Assembly: GCA_032718475.1 (NCBI GenBank)
Contig: JAUCBJ010000652.1
Coordinates: 1-59,447 of the forward strand
Direction of reading: 5' to 3'
DNA length: 59,447 bases
From: Nemertoderma westbladi
Taxonomy: Eukaryota; Animalia; Xenacoelomorpha
The notes beneath the pieces are model-generated. The model saw nothing but the letters and a program-made list of their open reading frames with translations. It searched no databases and was not told where the DNA came from. A program made the position numbers and the translations under genes. Position 1 is the stretch's first letter, and the number at the start of each line of letters is the position of its first letter. Below, one piece after another: positions 38,843-50,800 of the stretch.

Positions 38843-40488
38843 CCCACCGAGGACCGTTTGGGTCAAATTGACCCAAAATGAAGTTTACATGTACTGTACA
38901 AATTCAATATAATAATTGGGTTCACAATATTTCATGAATTCTCCTACTTTTTTATTCTCTATCCAAATCTAACCGGGTCACAACTTTTACTTTAACACTT
39001 TTTTTTAAATTTGACTTTTATTATTTAGGCAACGCCAAGGGCCGTTTGGGTCAAAATGACCAATTATAGTTTTACTCATAAATAACAGTTTTGCGAAGTC
39101 GAATTCTGTAAATACATCATTTTCCAAGTCAGGGCGATGCTTAATCAACATTGAAAAGTCAATTCGTCTGTTTGTACAGTATGTCTATTTGTATGTCGGT
39201 GCGTGTGTGTGTGTGTAATATGGAAACCTGGTATCATCCATGAACTATATTTTTCCTGTATGGAACGTCTTCTAATTAGGTCTACAGTAGTCAGTGGTAA
39301 TGTAGCGTTAGGTCCAAACCGGTATACTTTAGATCCTGTAACACATTACATTAAATTATTCCTAACTCTCGCTTATTGTTTTGGTTCCTTTCAACTCGCC
39401 TCTATAACCTGCTCCTTTACTAACACCCCTGGTTATGGAGGCAGACTGGACTTACTGACCAAATGGTTCGGCCCTAACGCATCAGGCTGCCAGGACCTAA
39501 TGCCACGGACCTACTGTAATGCCACGGACCTACTGTAATGCCACGGACCTATACTGTAATGCCACGGACCTAATGCTCCGGACCTAAAGCTACCAGGTTG
39601 CCAGGACCTAAAGCTACCGGGACTGGTATCTGGCTGTCTGGCTATACAGTATAGCCGTAAATATATAATCTAGCTGTCTAGGCCTACACCTATCGGCAAC
39701 CAGTAGTCACTCTGTCATTAGCCTATAGGCCTATAAATTAATAAATTGGGCTAATTTATAACAGTTGTGTGCAAAATGGAAACATTTTTGAGAATCTCTT
39801 TTGTGGGTAATGTAAAAAGCAGCCTGGTAGCGTTAGGTCCAAATCGGTATACTTTAGGCAGTTACTGAGTTAGGTCAGTAGCAGTAGGTCCTGTAGTGTT
39901 TAGGTCCCGTAGCTTTAGTAGTAACATATTTATGATGTATTTACTTCACTATTTATTTGGGAAACAAATAAGATAATCTCTAGAATACTTCTTTACAAGT
40001 ACATTATATGTAAATGTATACCAGATGGGTGATACTGTAGTAAAGTGCTATCAGAAATCATCATTTGTCGCAGTTGTTTAGCCTTTAATCAGCGCCACTC
40101 AAATGTTTTCTCATTGTTTGCGAATAAGTATCCAATTAAAGTGGACTCGGTTTTTGTGTCACTCGTTTCGCTCGTTAATCAATCCCAGTTTGATGTAAAC
40201 AGTCTGAGTACTTAAGTGAATGATATTATGAAACTCATATTGATACACACGCTTGTTCAGGTGGAGTTGTCAACATTTCTATCTACAGTTCATATCTGAA
40301 CAAAAGGAGAAACCCTCGTTTCGTTGTGTGCGTCACTCGCTACGCTCGTTATTGAAACCAAATCGGATGTAAATAGCCTAAGTAACTTGCCCGTAAGTCG
40401 CAAATGAGTTTCTACACTGATAAAACCTCACTTTTGGTCATTTTGATTGATATGATAATAATATACCGTCTTCTGTCTTCGGCGGGTT
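38843..40488. mobile_element. Possible piggyBac-like non-autonomous element with nested repeats
   Basis: TTAA-CCCACCGAGGACCG at the left and an imperfect inverted ctgtcttcggcgggtt at the right. gggtcaaattgaccc subterminal palindromes; GGACCTA-repeat cluster at 39300-39915. Confidence 0.35.
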
Positions 40489-42009
40489 TTAATTAGTTAT
40501 TGAAGCGTGAAATATTTTAGTAGGCCCGGGTGGAGCAAAAAACTCTGTGGTAGGTCTTAGGCCTATTGCCTATAGTATGTGTTTATGATGAAACTGGCAA
40601 AGCATACAAATTCATCCATTCATTCATTCATTGTATATCGCAATATTTAGCCACCTCCGCTCCGTCGGCTTTACTTTTCGTCTTTGGAATGTAATCTAGA
40701 TATCATTAGAACCGCCTTCTTCTACAGATCCAGAATACCGTTTTAAATTTTCACAAATAACTTCCGGAGATATTATCAAAATTCAAAGGTATACATAACA
40801 TTAAGGTGGAATAAACTTGGGACCAACACCTACCCCCACTATATCACTTATTCTGCATCCAATTAACGTGGTTATATTTATCAGTTTCCATGACAACCTC
40901 TGCAAACATATGTTTTAACAAATATATCCTTAATTTTGGACATCAACTACCGGTACTCAATAAAACTTCCTTGAAGTCGATTTGTGTCACCTGGAACCTC
41001 AACTCCAGTTGCACAACTCTAGAAAACTCCAGTTGCCATGGTAATGGGAGTTTAATTAAGACATATGACTTTTAACTAGGTAAACCAATGAACTGATGAG
41101 TCAAAGTTTGTTTAATTTTCCTTAGCTTCGTGGTTGCATTTCCTTTATGAAATGCCTTTCTAGTTTCGTTTTATAGCTTATGAAATTATTTCTGGACTTC
41201 TAATATTTGGTGTTATACGTTAAGTAGGCGAAGCATTATTAAATAAAAAACTTTCTTTCTTAAACTTTCTGGAACAACCTAATAATGACGCGGTGACATA
41301 CTGGATATATTGGAAATACATAGTAAAATGTATGGCTTAGGGACATACTGAGAAATAATGTCGCACTGCGATGTAAAGTTAGAAAATATGTCGCCCTGGC
41401 GATTTGGTAGAACGAAATTAATTCCATACAAATAAATAAAAATAATTATAATTTACATATTTAATAATACGACAGTAAGTAAAATTTACAAGCAAGAAAA
41501 GTGCTTTTCCCCAACCAGCACCCCTTCTTAGGCCGAACCGACACATCTTTTGGCTATAGGAGAGTGATATATGATTGATATATATTTATTTCTATATCCA
41601 CTATATATATATAATATATATATGTATGAAGCAAAAGCATTTCCAGAATGAGTAATTAAAGAATACCAGTATAAGCGTACAGTATATAAAGTAAATGAAA
41701 ATGCGTACATGCAAAATCTAAGTGTAAAGTAGGCCTACAGTAAGTTTATTTGTAAGTAAATATACTTATTATTTTATTTAAGTTTATTAGTTTATTTTAT
41801 TAGTGTTAACCAATGAGGTGAGCTTATTTAATTAAGGAACAGCAAATTAGAAGCCCAGAAATACTTCCATATGCTGAAATGACACCCCAATTAGAAATGA
41901 GCCACCCGGTAAAGTTCCGGTAGCAATATGCAGGTACAGTATAACGGCTCAAAAGGTAGCTGTACTTTGAATAATGTTTCTACATATTTCAATGTTCAAT
42001 AATTAATCG

Positions 42010-42505
42010 GAAACTTAAGGTCCGATTATTTAGAGCAGCAGTAGTTCCAATACTCCTCTATGGGAGTCCATGCTGGTCTCTAACTGCTGAGGACACCAAA
42101 TCTCTGGATGGCACATTCACAAGAATGCTACGCCGGGTTCATTGTGTCAAGTACAATGCACACATCTCCAACCAGACACTATATACCTAACATTGGAGGT
42201 GTCTCATTGGTTCCCCCAAGTTTGACACTAGAACAAAATCGCCTCCGCTTTGCAGGAGATTGCTTTCGCCGTGAGGACCAGCCAATGCATAATCTTGTAC
42301 TTTGGCAGCCTCATGGAGTGAATAACCATGGTGGACAGCCCATGACTTTCTTGAGACGCATCTTAAAGGACACTGGCCTTGAAGATGCGGATGATCTTGC
42401 AAATGTCATGGGTGATAGGGAGTTGTGGCGGTGCAATTTTGTCGATAAGCCGGCACAGCATTCTTAAAAATGCAGCTGCAATGCAGCATGCCGATCCTAG
42501 TAGCA
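42010..42505 (+). mobile_element. 3' fragment of the same RTE-like LINE family as 860-3310
   Basis: Shares HGGQPMTFLRRILKDTGLEDADD..NFVDKPAQHS and the 3' UTR atgcagctgcaatg.agcatgcc with ~2790-3280. Confidence 0.9.
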
Positions 42506-43039
42506 ATTTTGTCTGTGTTTGTTATTGTTTCTGTAGTTTCTTTACTGTACATCAAAATTCAACCAAATAACATCACTAAGGGGGTAATAGAATGTACTAA
42601 TAATTAATGACATAATTAATATAATCAATAATTAAGTAAAGCTGAAAATGAGGTGTTTGCCAAATGCTGGTAGAGCCCTACCCCTCCTCCAGCAAATTTA
42701 GGTATTTCCTAGCGGCAAACACGTGGGTAATACCTACGTTTAGTTTTGTGAATATCATTAGGTACAGTATATACCACGTGTTTACTGTCAATCATGTCCA
42801 GTAATTACCTAGTAAACACCTCTATCAATGTTAGAGGTATTTACCATGTGTTTGCTTTTCGTGAATACGGCTTTGGGCGAGTTGTTTGCCAGTAGGTAAT
42901 ACCCAGCTAGTAACTACCTAGCTGGGTAATACCTACTTTCGTGAATACGGCTTCAGGTTATCAGGCGTGGTGTACCATGGTGTATCAGCTAGATACACCA
43001 TTAGTTACCCCATAAGGTATACGTGTATACTGATACAGT

Positions 43040-44911
43040 GAACTGTTTGCCTCAAATCCAGTTTTCTTCTTTAGGAATAGGAATTTGATGATATGCACTA
43101 TTTAGGTCTAGGCAACTATAGAACTTGTACTTTGATACTTCATTGACTAGATCGTGTTTATGGGGAGCCGGATAGGCATCAAGTTGTGTATGTTTGTTGA
43201 TAGTTTGAGATTAATCAACAACAAAACGGCGTCTATGATGATCCGTTTCAGGAACAACATGAACTTGAGCTCGCCATGGCGATGAACTGGGTTCTATAAC
43301 TTGATCCTTGAGAAGTTTATCAATTTCCTTAGCAATGTAATCCTTCTCTGAATGTCCAAACCGACGAGATTTGGTTGCTATGGGAACACACTTAGGTTGA
43401 AGATTGGAGAATAAGCTTTGTGCAACAAGAGTTGCTTCTGGAAGTGTATCAGTTGTGGTATTTTTTGCAGGGCAGCTTGCAACAATTTTCCCAAAATGAA
43501 CCCTGGGTTCAGAAATGAAAGAATATATATACCACATTTGAATGGCGCTGCATAAAATCTTTACCTACAATCATATCAACACAAAGATCAGGCAGTACAG
43601 CTAATTTAACCTTGTTATAATGTTGTCCATTTATCACTAATGTAGCTTCACAGAAACCATTTACTTTCTTAGTTTCAGAAACTGTAGCCATGTTAATGTC
43701 AAAGTTTGCTTTCTTCACAGTAAGTTTACCCAAAATACTAGGGTGTATGAAACTTTCCGAAATTCCGCTATTGATCAACGACTTGTACGGTTTCTTTTTG
43801 AGCATAACATCAACTAAACTTCCCGATAAGCAGGTTGGAGCACCGATAGTAGCCAGAGTAGCAGAAGCAGAGGCAGTAACACGCTGTTTCTTCTTACTTT
43901 GAGACTTACAAACCTTGGCGAAGTTACCATAGTCTTTCCACAGTTGAGGCAGTCGGTATGTTTAGCTGGACACGATTCAAGTCCTCCGGGGTGCAGTTTA
44001 CCACCACAGAAGTAAAATTTATTTACTGTCACAGATGCTGATGTGTTTGGAGGATCGTTTCCTGTTTCCTGAATCACCAAGATCTTGTCGACCCATACTG
44101 GGCGAGCTGTAATCCCCTGAAACTTCATAAGGATTTGGAGCCAGAGCCAGACTGTAACTGCCTACTGCACCCCTTGGCTGGGAATTGTAAGCCTCCGAAT
44201 TTTTTAAAGCATGTTCAAGTGTTTGTGACTGTTCATAGGCAGTGTTTAAGTCTAGAGTTGTATTCTCTAGAAGCCGTTGGCGTATCAAGTTGGATGACAA
44301 ACCAGAAATATATACGCCTCTCGAATGTGTTCATCCTGGTTTACCTCCGCTGTTACAGCTTTAAAAGCGCAATTTTTACTCAGACCACGCAGTTGCTGTA
44401 AATATTCATCCAGTGTTTCAGATGAAGATTGTTTCCGTGTATTTAGTGTATGGCAAGCGAATATTTCGCTTGTCGGGTTTACAAACAGATCGTACAAAAT
44501 CTTCACAGCAACATTATAGCTGATACTCTCGGAAATGTAGTCAAAAATAGAATGAAAAACATAGGCCTAGTTTGTAAGGAACGGTAGTTTGTCCTCCTCT
44601 GAGGTCCTTTTTACTGCTTCAATACAACCATCGAATGTTTTAAACCAGTGGGTCCATTCCTTTTCCGCAGTTGGCGAATTCGGATCACCGTCGAATCGTG
44701 ATGGACGTAAATGCTTCTCCATTAGATCCTGTAGATCACTAGATTGTTTTGTCAGATAAATTGTAATGTTGCTACACCCTAATGAAGAACAATATCGACT
44801 CATACACAATAATGAAGTATAATTCCAATAGGCCAAATAATATCGGTACTTCAGTAGTTAATGTAATATGAGTTTTATCTGACTAAACAGAAGCCTACAA
44901 AAATATGAACA
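43040..44911 (-). mobile_element. Decayed, 3'-truncated Ty3/Gypsy element: short 5' LTR (44762-44911), gag, protease, start of RT
   Basis: Gag MEKHLRPSRFDGDPNS..EWTHW, IRQRLLE and zinc knuckles (CPAK..CLNCGK); protease LINSGISESFI..IVGKDF; RT SPWRAQV..RFVVD..LDAYP..LDLNSAYHQIP. Many frameshifts; TG..CA-bounded 150-bp LTR. Confidence 0.88.
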
Positions 44912-45815
44912 GATACAGTTTCGACTGCATCAGATTGAACCATATATGTTATGCTGATGATATGTGCCTGATTTCGAATTCTATTTTCGGTTTACAACGG
45001 TTAATTGACATTGCCGTTAAATATGCTGATACTAATTCAATTATATTTAACACGAAAAAGTCTAAGTGTTTATACTTCTTCCCGAAAGGATCGTCAGTTA
45101 TTCGGCGCCCTAATGTGTTTCTGTATGGTGTTGCTATTGAAATTGTAAATAAATTCAATTATTTAGGCCATATTTTACATTGTACAATGGATGATGACTA
45201 TGATATTCTTAACCAAACTTGTAAGTTATATTCTAGAGCTAATTTTATTATTAGGAAATTTAGCGGCTGTGCAAATAATATAAAAGTGCAATTGTTCCGT
45301 GCATTCTGTACCCCGATTTATTGTAATGCCTTATGGGCTAGGCGTAATTACTCAGATCGTATCCACAGTAAACTTAAAGTAGCCTATAATAATTGCGCAA
45401 GGCGATTATTTGGGTTACCAAGAGTTACTGATGGACAGACATCGAGTATTTCACTAGCGCTCGGTATGTTGAATATACCACTATTTATACATATCAGATA
45501 TAGATCAGTAACCAGTCTATTTGATCGTATAAACAAGATAGATAATACACTATTGCAAGCATTAAATACGGCAGTAGTTAAGATATCACGAATACGTGAA
45601 ATGAAAGACCCTGTATTTCTAACCTAAATGTGTATAATCGTGAACAATATGAGTAAATAGTTATTGTTTTTCTTCTTTTTTCTTTTTTCTTTTTAATAAT
45701 ATATTCTTAGAAGTTAGTTACCATGTTGTATGATATATATATTTTGTGATCATATATAATAAATAATTTTACTATGTGCAATTGCATGAAATAAAGAATA
45801 TAATATAATAATAAC
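44912..45815 (+). mobile_element. LINE 3' end with an uninterrupted RT C-terminal frame (RTE-X/Proto2-like)
   Basis: NHICYADDMCLI..GLQRL..FNTKKS..FNYLGH..LFRAFC; stop at 45627; AT-rich 3' UTR with AATAAA and a (TAA)n tail. Confidence 0.9.
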
Positions 45816-46386
45816 AGTGACAACAGTAGGCCTATGATGCCTACATATTACACGCCCTATGAATATGTTATATCAACATGTATAGGCCCTATAGATTTTA
45901 TTTTACCGGATTGATTTTATACCGCTATTGACTTATCTGCCTTGGTGCCTTTACTGTTCTTACCACCACGTTATTAATTGGTGTGTAGATTATAAAACTA
46001 TCTTCGGTGCAATTGTTGCTTCTACTTACGCCTTAAAGCCAGACCATTTTACTAATAACAGCCGCCGGGGCATATTCCGGATGAAAAGTTACCATCAGTA
46101 AGAAAAGGTGTCGATCTATCATCATACCAATTTTGTAGCATTTTATTGAAATTTTAAAATAATTAGGGGGGGAGGGGGCTCGGCGAATGGATATAGCGTC
46201 TCATTCCCCCTGTCTATCTGTGGTATCTGACCAAGTGAAAGGGTACTCTTTTCTAAATACGGCTCAGGTTTTGGTTGTAATTTTATTCATTATTATCTTC
46301 AGTAGCGATCAATGCCTGCTTTTTCACTATCGATGGGCACTTTGTATTGTCCATATACTGTATAAGTCCAATATTATAATAACGGT

Positions 46387-46654
46387 TTATCTATTCACTG
46401 TTGGCAAATTCGATATATTTTCCTGTAAACGCTTAGCTCGATTGACTGTGTCTCCAACTAGTTCCACCAATCTGTCCGTTTCTGCTTCCTCTACTATCCA
46501 TCTGTTTTCCCTTTCCTCCGTTCGTTTCTTTACTAACCGATACTGATTGGACAAGTTATCAGCAGTTTCAGTTGATTGGTTACTGCTTGAGGGCACTGCG
46601 CGGTCATTGGTTAATGATATTGGGTCATTCTCATTCGGTGTGCGTGATATGGAC
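46387..46654 (-). CDS. Exon B: diverged paralogous SNARE-like exon
   Basis: Strong acceptor ttactttttcatttag|G, same phase as exons A and C. LSNQYRLVKKRTEERENRWIVEEAETDRLVELVGDTVNRAKRLQE aligns without gaps to SSNQYR..ER.N..ET..L..AKRLEE. Confidence 0.7.
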
Positions 46655-46758
46655 CTAAATGAAAAAGTAATTCAAATTAGTCAGTGAGAGTGGTATAAAT
46701 GAAGTTTTCGCTCCAATCACTTAGTAATCAAATCCCAAATCATTTTTATTATTTACCG

Positions 46759-47011
46759 CTAATATATTTCAGACTTCCGCATTTTCTCTTCCAATCGTTT
46801 AGCTGCTTCAAAGAAACCTTGCGCAGAATCCGCTAATTTTTCGGTTTCCTGCTGCACTGACGTGAGTTTGTTAGTTCTTTCAACCGCTGCATTCCTTAGA
46901 GCCCGATACTGGTTAGAAGAACCTTCTACGGCGGACTTCCTATCGTGTGATGTTGTACCTGTGGCTAGCGAACGTTTACCAGTGGGCTGTTTACTTGTCT
47001 TTGATTTGAAT
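46759..47011 (-). CDS. Exon A: R-SNARE-like coiled-coil exon, no transmembrane anchor
   Basis: Acceptor ttcttacaatttag|A at 47011. FKSKTSKQ...AVERTNKLTSVQQETEKLADSAQGFFEAAKRLEEKMRKSEIY*; the core is identical in protein to exon C. Confidence 0.8.
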
Positions 47012-47036
47012 CTAAATTGTAAGAATAAATAACTTG

Positions 47037-47757
47037 TATACGATCTAACTGCACTACACATTCGCAGTACCTATTATACGATCTAACTGCACTACACATG
47101 CGCAGTACCTATTATACGATCTAACTGCACTACACATGCGCAGTACCTATTATACGATCTAACTACACTACACATGCGCAGTACCTATTATACGATCTAA
47201 CTGCACTACACATGCGCAGTACCTATTATACGATCTAACTGCACTACACATGCGCAGTACCTATTATACGATCTAACTACACTACACATGCGCAGTACCT
47301 ATTATACGATCTAACTGCACTACACATGCGCAGTACCTATTATACGATCTAACTACACTACACATGCGCAGTACCTATTATACGATCTAACTGCACTACA
47401 CATGCGCAGTACCTATTATACGATCTAACTACACTACACATGCGCAGTACCTATTATACGATCTAACTGCACTACACATGCGCAGTACCTATTATACGAT
47501 CTAACTGCACTACACATGCGCAGTACCTATTATACGATCTAACTACACTACACATGCGCAGTACCTATTATACGATCTAACTGCACTACACATGCGCAGT
47601 ACCTATTATACGATCTAACTACACTACACATGCGCAGTACCTATTATACGATCTAACTGCACTACACATGCGCAGTACCTATTATACGATCTAACTGCAC
47701 TACACATTCGCAGTACCTATTATACGATCTAACTGCACTACACATGCGCAGTACCTA
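47037..47757. repeat. 38-bp minisatellite (TATACGATCTAACTRCACTACACATGCGCAGTACCTAT), ~19 units, intronic
   Basis: Direct periodicity with a G/A variant site; no spacers. Confidence 0.97.
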
Positions 47758-47884
47758 CAGTATTATGGACTTGGTGCAGATAACGAAACCAACTAACGAA
47801 TGTAAACTGTGGTAAACAATCTGTCATTTACGGAGCCCCAAAAGGGACAGCGTGAAATATATTTTTTTTCTAGAGAGATCTACA

Positions 47885-50800
47885 AGTGCTCTCTATAAAA
47901 TTATTAATTAAGTGCTCTCTATAAAATTATTAATTAAGTGCTCTCTACAAAATTATTAATTAAGTGCTCTCTACAAAATTATTAATTAAGTGCTCTCTAC
48001 AAAATTATTAATTAAGTGCTCTCTATAAAATTATTAATTAAGTGCTCTCTATAAAATTATTAATTAAGTGCTCTCTATAAAATTATTAATTAAGTGCTCT
48101 CTATAAAATTATTAATTAAGTGCTCTCTACAAAATTATTAATTAAGTGCTCTCTATAAAATTATTAATTAAGTGCTCTCTATAAAATTATTAATTAAGTG
48201 CTCTCTATAAAATTATTAATTAAGTGCTCTCTATAAAATTATTAATTAAGTGCTCTCTATAAAATTATTAATTAAGTGCTCTCTATAAAATTATTAATTA
48301 AGTGCTCTCTATAAAATTATTAATTAAGTGCTCTCTATAAAATTATTAATTAAGTGCTCTCTATAAAATTATTAATTAAGTGCTCTCTACAAAATTATTA
48401 ATTAAGTGCTCTCTATAAAATTATTAATTAAGTGCTCTCTACAAAATTATTAATTAAGTGCTCTCTACAAAATTATTAATTAAGTGCTCTCTATAAAATT
48501 ATTAATTATGTGCTCTCTATAAAATTATTAATTAAGTGCTCTCTACAAAATTATTAATTATGTGCTCTCTATAAAATTATTAATTAAGTGCTCTCTATAA
48601 AATTATTAATTAAGTGCTCTCTATAAAATTATTAATTAAGTGCTCTCTATAAAATTATTAATTAAGTGCTCTCTACAAAATTATTAATTAAGTGCTCTCT
48701 ATAAAATTATTAATTAAGTGCTCTCTATAAAATTATTAATTAAGTGCTCTCTATAAAATTATTAATTAAGTGCTCTCTACAAAATTATTAATTAAGTGCT
48801 CTCTATAAAATTATTAATTAAGTGCTCTCTACAAAATTATTAATTAAGTGCTTTCTATAAAATTATTAATTAAGTGCTCTCTATAAAATTATTAATTAAG
48901 TGCTCTCTATAAAATTATTAATTAAGTGCTCTCTACAAAATTATTAATTAAGTGCTCTCTATAAAATTATTAATTAAGTGCTCTCTATAAAATTATTAAT
49001 TAAGTGCTCTCTATAAAATTATTAATTAAGTGCTCTCTACAAAATTATTAATTAAGTGCTCTCTATAAAATTATTAATTAAGTGCTCTCTATAAAATTAT
49101 TAATTAAGTGCTCTCTATAAAATTATTAATTAAGTGCTCTCTATAAAATTATTAATTAAGTGCTCTCTATAAAATTATTAATTAAGTGCTCTCTATAAAA
49201 TTATTAATTAAGTGCTCTCTATAAAATTATTAATTAAGTGCTCTCTACAAAATTATTAATTAAGTGCTCTCTACAAAATTATTAATTAAGTGCTCTCTAT
49301 AAAATTATTAATTAAGTGCTCTCTACAAAATTATTAATTAAGTGCTCTCTATAAAATTATTAATTAAGTGCTCTCTATAAAATTATTAATTAAGTGCTCT
49401 CTATAAAATTATTAATTAAGTGCTCTCTATAAAATTATTAATTAAGTGCTCTCTATAAAATTATTAATTAAGTGCTCTCTACAAAATTATTAATTAAGTG
49501 CTCTCTATAAAATTATTAATTAAGTGCTCTCTATAAAATTATTAATTAAGTGCTCTCTATAAAATTATTAATTAAGTGCTCTCTATAAAATTATTAATTA
49601 AGTGCTCTCTATAAAATTATTAATTAAGTGCTCTCTATAAAATTATTAATTAAGTGCTCTCTACAAAATTATTAATTAAGTGCTCTCTACAAAATTATTA
49701 ATTAAGTGCTCTCTATAAAATTATTAATTAAGTGCTCTCTATAAAATTATTAATTAAGTGCTCTCTATAAAATTATTAATTAAGTGCTCTCTACAAAATT
49801 ATTAATTAAGTGCTCTCTACAAAATTATTAATTAAGTGCTCTCTATAAAATTATTAATTAAGTGCTCTCTATAAAATTATTAATTAAGTGCTCTCTATAA
49901 AATTATTAATTAAGTGCTCTCTATAAAATTATTAATTAAGTGCTCTCTACAAAATTATTAATTAAGTGCTCTCTATAAAATTATTAATTAAGTGCTCTCT
50001 ATAAAATTATTAATTAAGTGCTCTCTACAAAATTATTAATTAAGTGCTCTCTATAAAATTATTAATTAAGTGCTCTCTATAAAATTATTAATTAAGTGCT
50101 CTCTATAAAATTATTAATTAAGTGCTCTCTATAAAATTATTAATTAAGTGCTCTCTATAAAATTATTAATTAAGTGCTCTCTATAAAATTATTAATTAAG
50201 TGCTCTCTACAAAATTATTAATTAAGTGCTCTCTACAAAATTATTAATTAAGTGCTCTCTACAAAATTATTAATTAAGTGCTCTCTATAAAATTATTAAT
50301 TAAGTGCTCTCTATAAAATTATTAATTAAGTGCTCTCTATAAAATTATTAATTAAGTGCTCTCTATAAAATTATTAATTAAGTGCTCTCTATAAAATTAT
50401 TAATTAAGTGCTCTCTATAAAATTATTAATTAAGTGCTCTCTATAAAATTATTAATTAAGTGCTCTCTACAAAATTATTAATTAAGTGCTCTCTACAAAA
50501 TTATTAATTAAGTGCTCTCTATAAAATTATTAATTAAGTGCTCTCTATAAAATTATTAATTAAGTGCTCTCTATAAAATTATTAATTAAGTGCTCTCTAT
50601 AAAATTATTAATTAAGTGCTCTCTATAAAATTATTAATTAAGTGCTCTCTATAAAATTATTAATTAAGTGCTCTCTATAAAATTATTAATTAAGTGCTCT
50701 CTACAAAATTATTAATTAAGTGCTCTCTATAAAATTATTAATTAAGTGCTCTCTATAAAATTATTAATTAAGTGCTCTCTACAAAATTATTAATTAAGTG

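Noticed and set aside
41093-41155. CTGATGAG as a hammerhead ribozyme core
   Set aside because: No stem II closing onto a GAAA and no flanking helices could be formed.
20774-46761. Variant genetic code (TAA/TAG as sense), suggested by stops just before in-phase donors and by the 35288 frame
   Set aside because: The 846-aa BEL ORF, the 240-aa LINE ORF and the host exons have no internal TAR, and several end naturally at TAA. The standard code fits.
46759-47011. Assigning the gene symbol STXBP5 (tomosyn), STXBP6 (amisyn) or VAMP
   Set aside because: Only the SNARE motif is visible; no WD40, PH, longin or adjacent TM domain supports orthology.
47037-47757. 38-bp repeats as a CRISPR array
   Set aside because: Units are directly adjacent with no unique spacers, there are no cas genes, and the context is eukaryotic.
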